From NCBI GenBank assembly GCA_965649765.1, contig OZ287753.1, positions 73,532,001-73,596,000 on the forward strand: 64,000 bases of DNA. The letters are read 5' to 3'. The position numbers and the translations under genes are program-made. Numbering within the stretch: the first letter of the stretch is position 1; each line of letters opens with the position of its first letter. Shown here piece by piece: positions 11,240 through 21,304 of this stretch. A model generated the notes under the pieces. That model worked only from the letters and a program-made list of their open reading frames with translations, searched no databases and was not told where the DNA came from. This DNA comes from Bispira polyomma. Its lineage: Eukaryota.

Positions 11240-13699
11240 TTAATCACTTCTGGTCTTACCAGGCCGAATATCTGGGTCAGCATACTTATTACTGCCTCAT
11301 CTTCTTCAACTGCGGTGATGTTAAGGATACTTCAACAGGTTTTTGGTATGGTTTTAGGTGCCTTTGAAGCACCTGTGTTTTTGTTTCATCGGGTCCATTT
11401 GGTGCGACTGGGTTGCCCATGGTCCCCGGAACGACCCCTACCACCATACCTACCAGGACCAGTGTTAGAGGACCTTTCCCTATTCTGTTGTTCCCGCCCT
11501 GACTGAACGTTTGAACCAGCCTGCCCTCTTACCTGTCCTTGTTGCCTAGGTGCTATCTCATCTTCCTCATGACGGAGACCCACACTTGCATGGCTTACCT
11601 GCCTTGGTGCTCGCCCATCTTCCTTATAACGGAGACCCACACTCTCATGGCTTACCTGGGGAACGTCGTGACTTGCCCGTGGCCCCCTTGGTTCAGGTTG
11701 ATTCCCTCGCCCTCTACCTCTTACCTGGGGGTTAACACTACCTGGGTGTGAACGCCTACCGTACGGATGGTACTAAGGGCGATACCCTCCACTCCTGTAA
11801 CCACCAGAGTTGTCGTGTCCGCGGCTCTGACCTCGTCCTCTTCCTACTACACCTCTGCGGCCGGTGCCCCTTCGCTGACGGCCCCTTACAAAGGGAGACT
11901 CTCCCTGCGGCATCTGCAATAAGGCATTTCAAACAACACAACATGAATAAACAGTTAGATTACAAGAGCATTTTAGTAACATATGCTAAACCTTCACCTG
12001 AACCGAACCATGCAAGCTACATAACAAATTTTTAAGTAAGGTAATCTGCTAGATGACCAGGCCGCTTTCACTCTCGTCACTAATCCATTTGCGAGTACTA
12101 AGCTATTTGTTGGATCTTGTTGAAAACAAAAACAAAGAATCCAGTCGAGTTCTCTTGTATTAGGTTTCAAGAATGAGCTGGGGATTAAATATTTGCAAAT
12201 CAGTCGTCAATGTTTGTTTAAAAACTGTATCATGATGACATGTAAATCAAATCTAGCTTCATGGTTAGGTATATGGAAATGAACTAATAACCTCCAACTC
12301 CATAGGATAATCAACTTAGAGATGACAGTTGTTTCCGATAGATCCAGTACGTGATGACATCTTCAATGATAGACTGACATCCTGTTATAGATCCTTTGAT
12401 CAATCCACTATCTGGTGACATCTTCATGGATAGACTACCATCCTTTTATAGAAGAGGGAGGAATGTAGTGACACTCGTTATCGGCAATCTTCGCAAACTC
12501 TCGTGCTTTGCGAGACCTTAACGAGATGTCCTCGTTTACTAACGGGAGTAACGAGAGTTGAAGAAAGAGTAGGAGATTTTAAGGGAGAACCTTACGAGAC
12601 ACTGAACAATAAACATCTACCTGTGGAGAAATACAAGTCAGACCTAAATTCAAAAGGGTCATATGGATTACCCCAAATGGATTTAAAATTAGCTCAAAAT
12701 CTGAAACTGTATCTAGATTTGTTATGAAATGATGTAAAATTTGATATAAATTGCTCTATCAGCCATATTCAACAGGATGCAAAAATCAAAGGTGGCTGCT
12801 TAAATTGTAAAATTTTCCTTGGGCTGTAACACAAGGGCTACATCATTATCTCAAAAAAACTCTTTTACATTTATTCTAGATATCAGTCATTTAAAACAAG
12901 AGAAATGTAGATTTAAGATGGTGGATACAGCGGCCATCTTGTTTTTTTAAATGACTTCCAAATCAATAACAAGCAGGCTACTAATATAATACACATGAAT
13001 ATAAAATTTGGCAGGGCTAGCTGCAAATATTTTCACAGAAGAGCATCAGACACCATATTCTAAAATCATCTCTGGCAGCCACTTTGTGTTGGCTAGGGCT
13101 AAAAATCTTTACAAAATGACTGCAAAGCACAACACATGCACAGAGCTTATGATGAAAACAATGTACACCACATATTGTCGAAGGTAAACATCTTAGATTT
13201 TCGTTTAAGTGAAAGACGAACTTAGGCTCTTGAGATCCAAAGTCCCCCATCTTACCTCCCACACCATCAACATATCAACTAGTTTGAGCAAGCGCAAACT
13301 GGTTAAAACTTACCCAACCATATTCAGTAGAATAAAATCGAATAATTTTGAAATAGAAGCAGTATCAATAAAAGCTTACTGTAAAACAAGGAATTATATT
13401 GAACTCTGGCCTCAAACTTTTTCAAAATCTCTGACTTCAGCGAAGCTTGTAGTAAAAGTTGTTCCTTTTTGCATCCTATAAGTAGACAAAAGAAACAGGA
13501 GTTGATGTAGTGATAAGTCATCCCAAACATACAGGAATATTAGTTTGGTTCTGTTGTCTTGTTTGCACAAAACAAAAGAAAGATTATCATCATACAAAAA
13601 GCACCAATATATATGATCACATCAATTTACACAATTTAATCAGTATAAACAATCATGTTGACAACATCCAAGCTAAAAATGGATTCAAGTGTACTTGGC

Positions 13700-14860
13700 C
13701 AACTTAAGAACTCGTTTATGCACAAAATAGTAATAGAAAAGCATTCAACAAGATACACTCAGGGTGGGCTACTTTCTATCCATAAGTTGAAAAACATCCA
13801 CTAAAACCCTCAAACATTTGGTATGCAGCAAAGTTATGAACATCAAAAGATGACTAATAGAAGGTCACTGCCAGTTCTTGATTCGTGTACAGCCAACACC
13901 TCTTTTTGTTGGCCAATAAAATTTAGTCTACTAAGGTAGTTTGTTAGATTAAATTTTATTGGCCAATAGAAGTGACAGTGTATTTATCCTCTAATAACCA
14001 TAACTTTTTTATAAACTTTGTAAAGCTGCATTTTACAGCTTAGCATGAACTCACTATTTTTTGTGATGGCCTTGACTTGTACATTACCTCATTAATTTCT
14101 TTTTGCAAAGAATGCAATGAAGTTTCAGTCTCTCCTGTAGGGAGCGTCAAATCCTCGGACACTATTCCTCTTCTTGGCTTTTTGATGCTTGTGTGTGGTG
14201 GAGTGGCATCCGGTTGATCTATTGATTTCCTCCCTGTATTTGTACTAACTTCTGGGAGATCTTTTAATTGTTTCCTGAGGTTCTCCATCTTGAACTTTAA
14301 GGAAATCACCCAATGATTAAAACCACCAAGACACTCATTTTTAGTTTTGGGTAAGTGTCAGTTAAAGTAATGCACATATTCCTAATATCCTGATGAGTAG
14401 GATACAGCGTATACTTTGCGATCTCTGTGGCCGTAGCTGAAACTTTTTTTTTTGATGGCAGGTGACATGTTCGCTGGTATACACTTGTTTGGACTTCAGT
14501 GTCAAATTCAGGTAGGGAAAATACTTTGGGCCAAGCTTTCTGTGTGCTGGGTTCATTCTTTTTACTAATAGGGGATTTCTGACCTAAAAGTCTCGGTAGT
14601 TTGACAGTACCATAACTTTCAACATCCTCAATACTGTTCACGTTTAAGTATGATTTGATGTCTCTATCTTTATACTGAATGCAATGCAAGTTAAAGTCAA
14701 CAGTCAGTTTAATTTTAATTTGTTCTATAAACTCTTCTACGGAAACAGGCTTCTGCAGCAACTTTAGTTTTGTAATGTCTATTTCTGAAAAAATGACTTT
14801 CAGTAAAAAATTGTCCTGCTCCATAATTCCTGAAACTTGACTTTCCTTTAAGTTTGGCAA
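13700..14860 (-). pseudogene. SAMD3-like transposon accessory ORF (PB1-like N-terminus), disrupted
   Basis: LLKVIFSEIDITKLKL...PVSVEEF...IQYKDRD; WPKVFSLPEF; EIAKYTLYPT...YPKLK; WVISLKFKMENLRKQLK; KKPRRG...PTGETETSL follow the motif order of 'SAMD3-like' ORFs found with CMC/EnSpm-type elements. Frameshift near 14320. Confidence 0.7.
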
Positions 14861-15228
14861 TTACCACAAGTAAAGGCCTGCTCTAAAATTAGGATGAAGT
14901 CTTCAATTAAAATAAAAGTTTTGTAACACTTTAGGTGAATATACATGTGACAAACTTGACATCTAAGCCAAAGTATATTGTGAACAATATGTACCGACCC
15001 TTGGTATCTTAAGTATGATTGAGCTAAGTCACCATCATAGTTATTTGTGATCCTACAAATTGCACAACTATGTTCTTTTTTAAATACTCCAATTTCTGCA
15101 TCATCACTCGAAAGAATAAATGCTTCTGTTTCAGCCTCTAAATATCTTTTGGTTGTACTATTAAAGCATGTTGTCATTTTTTGAAAAAACAATAAAGTAC
15201 AGCAATTAGAACCGGAAATATTCATCAA
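14848..15228 (-). CDS. Small PHD-finger-like ORF, probably element-borne
   Basis: CAIC...WLRCQVCHMYIHLKC...FTCGNC gives a C4HC3 pattern. Intronless; its stop overlaps the start of the SAMD3-like ORF. Confidence 0.5.
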   Translation of the reverse strand: MMNISGSNCCTLLFFQKMTTCFNSTTKRYLEAETEAFILSSDDAEIGVFKKEHSCAICRITNNYDGDLAQSYLRYQGSVHIVHNILWLRCQVCHMYIHLKCYKTFILIEDFILILEQAFTCGNCQT

Positions 15229-16569
15229 ATATTAGTTGTATGAGCTACAACATACTCAACCAATATTTTAATGGGACAACAACCTTGCTGTAAAAGACAT
15301 ATAAGGTATAATTTTAAAGTGTACAAGACAGGGACCTCAAATAGTTCATAATTACAACTGATTTATCAAACAAAAACACAAAAATAATGTCTGATTTTAT
15401 TTGTGTTTGCATTAAAAAACAATTTTATTTACAAAATATAGTTATAAGATTCAGCTGCATATAGTATTTTGCCATTAAGTACCCACAACTTTCTGTTAAA
15501 ATAACAAAGTTATTAGTAAAAACGTTAGTATGCCCATATTGCGCCCTTAGTTGCCGTTTCCATATGCGCGGGTTGCGGCAGTGGCTTGCGTAAAAAAAAT
15601 TGATCCTTAGTAAAATAGAAGAACCGTTTCCCTTAGGCCAAATAATCTGTCCTTATTGGCGAGATTTCTTGCTGTTATTATGACGACTGAATCACATAAA
15701 GGGACAGGACGGATACTGCTACCAAAACATTGTAAATTTAGTCGGACGTAAAATGCCAATGTTTGTGGTTGTTGTTTTCATGTTATATTAATTGATATGT
15801 ACCATGTCAACATGAAATAAGACAAAATCGGCTACTTTATCATATCTAAGAAGTGAGGGTACGTATTGATTTCATCCAGATTCTATCACTGTATATGCCG
15901 CTTAGGATTTACAACGTTTTGCTTATGGTAATCGCTCTGTTTCCAATCACTTAAAATACCGTTATTGGCGGCAAAATACTCGGTCTACATTTCCATGTGC
16001 TGGGTGCAGTAAAATTTGATCCCAGAGCAACCGCAAACCGGAAGTACACAAAAATACTTACCCTGACTTGAATATTTATAAGATTATTCGGTATTAAATT
16101 TTTGAAAATAATTAAGAATAAAATAAAAGAAATAAAAAGAATTTTGAAAATCCGTCCCGAAATAAGAAAGTTGTCATTTTCAGAATAAAATACCATATTT
16201 GGTTTTTCCTATATCCCACAAGAAATATAACACCTGCGCACATAAAAACGGCCACTTATGCACATAATGCGCAGGGTAGCAGTACTCTGTTTGAAACTAA
16301 AACTCTTCAGACACCTGATGCTGAGGCTGTTGTCAAGGACACTTGTGATCAATCTAGCGAAGTAACTTAAAAATGGTATACCCTTAAAAACCCGCAAGTG
16401 AGCGGTAATACCCGCTAAACAGACAGCAGTATTTAGTAAAAGTACAAACGCAGTAATGTGTATGGCCTTAAGATAAGATGTTATGTTTCTTTTGTCATAT
16501 GTAATGAAATGCTAGATTTGTGCATGTGAGTGATATTTTGTGATACAATTAGTAAACAAAGTTTTCTTA

Positions 16570-17084
16570 CCATGAGTTCCTTTGCTGTGTGAGGCAAATT
16601 GTCTCACAGATTTGTAACTGCCACATCTCAAATTAATCCATATCTTTTTTACTTGAGAAGTGGAAGTGTTGGCACAACCAACAGCATTTACTTTCATCGT
16701 GATGTCTGTCCACACTTTATTCTTTTTCTCTGTCGTTAAACTGGGTGAAAGGGCCCCATGTAAGATACTGTAAGGGCCACAACATTCTAATTGTTGGTTC
16801 TCTCCCTAAATTTCTTGAAAACTAAAGTATCTATCTCTTCTGCCATTTTTATAGACTATAATTGACAGATGACTTTTTGTTTACATCTTGTGCAAAGTCT
16901 CAGTGGTTATTCACAATCTCGTGAGAGTATGATGCTTCAGACTAAGATTATCTATGACAAAAGTCTTAGCTAAGACTTGCTTTGTGAATACTAATTTAAG
17001 ACAATTCTAAGCTAAGACAAAATTCTTAGATTTAAGACTAGGTTAAGCTTAAGATAAGACTAAGACCTTTAGTGAATACCGCCC
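16570..17084 (-). mobile_element. Second PIF/Harbinger fragment with Myb/SANT-like ORF
   Basis: SPSLTTEKKNKVWTDITMKVNAVGCANTSTSQVKKIWINLR...GTHG followed by GTAAG. Terminal GTGAATACCGCCC followed by CAG, with CTAAG-rich subterminal repeats. Confidence 0.7.
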
Positions 17085-17260
17085 CAGAATTTTGCTGCCA
17101 CAAAACAGGTTTGATTTATTTAACAGGTTGATTATGAATATGATTAGTATATTCTTAAATAATACATCCATTGGCCTGAAAAAGTTACAGAAGGTAGAAA
17201 ACATTTATACAAATGAGGAGAAAGAAAATCAAATTTTCATTTAAAAAGTCATGTACAGGG

Positions 17261-19385
17261 TTATTATTAATTTATTTATTCATACACAAGGTATAATATT
17301 ACAAATACAGAATACATAAATGTTTTCTCAACCAGGAACAAGGAAAAATGTTATTGAACACTATTTACAGTTTGGCAGTTACATTAAATTTTATACAAAT
17401 CTTCAAGATGTCCATAAACATTCTAACATACAAATCAATCTCAGTATAATTAAATTTAGTATGATTTCTCTCTTTAATACTAATGAGATCTCTAATATTT
17501 CCACATATTATTTCATCGTCTATGTTAATCTGAGAGTTAACAGGCTTGTCACTTATATTTTTAAATTCTTGAGCTGCTTTAAGAGCACATTTATAACTAC
17601 AATTAAGTTCCTTTGAAATTACATTAATATTTTTTCCTACATTGGAATGACTTCCATAAACAGCCAGTCTACCAGCAAGTTCTACACAATTGTTATCACT
17701 GGTCAGTATTGTATTTATAAATTTGTTGAATCTTTTATACAACTGCACATTAATTGGGACATCATTGCATACTAAATGTATGTATCTACTATGGGTTCTG
17801 TTTGACAGGTTAAATAGTCTTCTTATTGCTTTTCTCCATGCTGTATAAAATTTTAAAATTTCTCTGGATTCAAAATCCCATAGTACACAGCCATAGAGAG
17901 GCATACAATAACTTTTAAACAATTTGTATTTCACTGACACAGATGCATTTTGAAATGTATTAAGTATACTATTTAAAGCAACATTAAATGAATTTATAGC
18001 TTCATCTATGGTTTTTACTTTTGCATTTAAACCAATTATGTGACCTAAATGCACAGACTGTGAAACACATTTAATATATATATTATTATGACATACGCCT
18101 GCAATCATTTTCCCTTTTGAAGCTGGAAAGTGCAGAAGTTGATATTTTTCTGCATTAAACAACACATTATATTTATGTCCGAAAACATCACATATTTTAA
18201 GCATTTCTTTCATTGAAGACAGTGTAGGAGATATTAATACAGCATCATCAGCATACCCTAATCCACCCATAAACACATTTCCAATATAACAACCTAAACC
18301 ACTCCCTTTTAATTTTTCAAACATTTCATCCATATAAATTGTGAAAAGCACAGGGGATAGAATGCCCCCTTGTTTTACACCATTTGATATTTTAACATAT
18401 TTTGAAACATAATGGTCCCATTTAATTCTAATTGATTGATGTGTGTACATATAAGCCAGTAGGCGACATATAAGAGGACATAAACCTTTATCTACCAATA
18501 GAGAAAACAGTCTTGTATACTCTACACGATCGAAGGCCTTACTGGCATCTAACATCATTACATATACGTCATTCCTATTATTATTATAGTATTTGATTAC
18601 TTCATTTAACACAAATGTACATTGAGTAGTTGACTGTTTTCTTTTAAAACCAAACTGTAAATCACTTGATCTTAGAATAATTCTACTGCTGGATAAAATT
18701 AACAATTCAAGAACCTTACCTATGATGCTACTAAGGGCTATACCTCTGTAATTTTTTTAATCATTTAATGATTTCTTTCTATTTTTGGGGATTGGTATAA
18801 CTGTTGATACAAGTAGGTCGCCAGGTGAAAAACAATGCTTTAACATAGAGTTGTACAGTAAATTCAGATATACATATAATTTATGACAACCATGGATAAT
18901 GTTATCAGACCATTGATTAACTCCATCACTTTTGTTATGTTTTAGTAGTTTAACAGCATCAATAACTTCACTAACATTAAAGAAGTGTTGAAAGTAACAG
19001 CTATCTGAAGTACATTTTTGCACAATTGACTCAATTGAAACAAGAGACTGCATTACATTAACATTACTGAGTTATATAACTCTTCGTATTTATCAGAAAA
19101 ATGGTTACTTATATTTATACCACCAACAACACTATCTATATTGTTAGGATTAACTGATTTAACTCCTTTGACTTTTTTTACACTGGTCCAAAAATCATTA
19201 GTTTTATTGCATAAAACACATTCAGCTAGTTTATTTGCAAGAATAACTTCTTTGTCTCTCTTTACTTGCCTTAGAGCATAATGGTATTTGGCTCTAGTTT
19301 TCTTGCGAATCTCAGCGATCCAACCTGATCTTGGACAATCATTTTCTTTCCATAACCGATGCCAAAACATTATGACGCTAAACCG
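17261..19385 (-). mobile_element. 5'-truncated LINE, Proto2/RTE-X-like RT
   Basis: WHRLWKENDCPRSGWIAEIRKKTRAKYHYALR; QFGFK..ST; LDASKAFDRV; NGVKQGGILSPVLF; YADD. (TAAA)n tail near 17261-17280. Frameshifts and stops present. Clade assignment is from motif memory. Confidence 0.85.
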
Positions 19386-19399
19386 ATGCTTTGGCATTA

Positions 19400-19535
19400 C
19401 AAAACTCTTTCCACTCAAGATGCTTAGTTACAAACAAAACTATGGTAACTCCTTTCTAACTATGTTTGTGTCATAAAAATCTTTCCACTCAAGATCATTA
19501 GTTACAAAGCGAACCATGGTACCTTCTTTCTAACT
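19400..19535. repeat. ~73-bp diverged tandem duplication at LINE 5' junction
   Basis: CTTTCCACTCAAGAT..TTAGTTACAAA...ATGGTA...CTTTCTAACT occurs twice. Confidence 0.7.
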
Positions 19536-20034
19536 TTTACTATAATGTTTTTACATATTACATATATTTTCAGTATTTGTTCGTCCTGTAAATTTTAGCT
19601 TGGAAATTGTTTTTTACTCTAGTTCCTTCCACTGACGGATAATGGTTGACCCTCAGTGATGGAAGTAGTATTTTAAAGTTTGAAAGAATTATTTCCATTC
19701 AGCAATAGATCCACCAACAGAATTTTCACACGTCGTTGACACAGATTGGGCAGTTAAGCCTGGCAACACAAATGATTAATATATCGTCACGTTAATATAT
19801 AAATTGAACTTTAATTACATATACTGTGTAGTGTCTCGAAAACATCTATAACTATTATACAGCTCAAGTACAAGTATAATATTGTCATCCTGTGTTCAGT
19901 AATATCAAACTACAAAACTACAAATCAAATTACAAGCCAAGATCCATACTACTGTTCAACTGCACTGCATATGAAAACTTTAGTGTGTAACAATGCAATC
20001 TAACTCTTCTAATATTCTTTTCACCTGTATTAGG

Positions 20035-20445
20035 TAGTCTTTGTTGGTTTTGAAGTCAAAGGGCCTGGGAAATATTGTTGATATGAGGATGGTAATGTCA
20101 GAATTTCCTTTTGTCATTGATTCTAATAAAGTTTTGTATTCTTCAACAATTTGCTCAACTGGGGTTCTAGTATGTGGGGGGAGTCTTCCTTCATTTCTTG
20201 TTTTTTCCTTTTTTTTCTCTGCTTATACCATTGGCACCATGATTTTGAGGTCATTTGTTGCTATTAATTACAGGACTACTTTGTGCTTTTTAAGTCTCAA
20301 TGTAGGAATTCTTGAAGTTGCTCCCGCAATTTTGATACCTGAGTATGAAATTGCAGTGGCTCTTGTTAAATGTCCAAAACAACTTTCAATAGAGTCGGTT
20401 ATAAACAGGGCTTCCTTTTTTGGCAAATTCTGGGCCAACTGCCCC
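20035..20445 (-). pseudogene. SGNH-hydrolase/esterase-like relic (element-derived)
   Basis: Minus frame EALFITDSIES...YSGIKI...VVL*LIATNDL...IVEEYKTLLESM...ITILISTIFPRPFDF resembles SGNH blocks I-III; in-frame stops. Confidence 0.55.
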
Positions 20446-20814
20446 TAAAAATTGACAAAACATTTATTGTGATAAACGATCAAGACTTGCACTGTAAAGT
20501 TTAAATCATACATTTCAATCTAATTAAAATAAAATGCTACATTATGTACATCTACATGACAGGGTATTTCATTTTGGTATTAATCAACAGATGTTAGTTT
20601 TGTACTTTTTTTCTTATACTTATTAGACCCTATATTAGATAGATATCAAAATCTAATAATACAGTATCAAAGGTGGAGTTTATACAAGTGGAGCTTTACA
20701 CACAATTTATCCAAATAACCGATTCCCCTCTATCAAAAAATCATTGTTGAAATATTAGAATATTGAGCATAGTATGGTATCTTAGGATGCAGAGTGTAGC
20801 ACACAGCTAAACCG

Positions 20815-21300
20815 CAATAGAGTGTTATTACCCTTTTGAATGATTTGGGCTAATTCAGATCTAACATTTTCTAGAATTTGTCCCATTAGATTATTTGCCT
20901 TCCCCTATTTTTGTATGTCCTATGCATCCTTCTCTAAGCTGTATCCTATTAAAAAAATACATTATGTGGATTTGCCTCTGCTATTTTGTGAGAGCCTGTT
21001 CTTTGTAGCAACTCACCAATGTACTCATTTTGATTTATTTTTGCCCTTATGCCTGGGGTAACTAATGTTTGGACCTGGTGTTGCCAGGTTTCCTTTTCAA
21101 AGTTTTTTACGTTCTTGCCAATCATCTTTTGAAGTTTTGGATTCTCTTCCTGCATTATTGCCTTAACTGTGTTGTTATCGTTGAACAGTTATGCCTTGCT
21201 TGCCATTATAAATTGTTCACTGCAGTTGTATTTCATTCCATTACAGGTAAATGTCTACAGGTTGTGGTTTGACACAGGCGAATTTTGACTAACAACAAGA
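20815..21300 (-). pseudogene. NADAR (YbiA-like) domain relic, probable C-terminus of a LINE ORF1
   Basis: SQNSPVSNHNL*TFTCNGMKYNCSEQFIMASKA*LFND...PKLQKMIGKNVKNFEKETW...AKINQN...LLQRTGSHKIAEANPHNVF...NLMGQILENVRSEL is the full NADAR motif series, with stops. Confidence 0.85.
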
Positions 21301-21304
21301 CTAT

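Larger units (their letters stand above)
4802..12635 (+). mobile_element. Putative LTR-retroelement 3' portion carrying an antisense RG-rich/ZnF/TatD ORF (interrupted by a LINE)
   Basis: Polypurine tract AGAAGAGGGAGGAA (12450-12463) directly abuts TGTAGTG at 12464, with AATAAA at 12608 and ...TACA at 12635 (LTR-like). The decayed minus-strand ORF 11913->4802 is continuous across the LINE junctions. No 5' LTR or gag-pol was seen. Confidence 0.5.

Noticed and set aside
12640-13700. Helitron-like repeat and Cys-rich relic
   Set aside because: Only a short palindrome (AAGATGG...CCATCTT) and weak Cys patterns; insufficient to classify.
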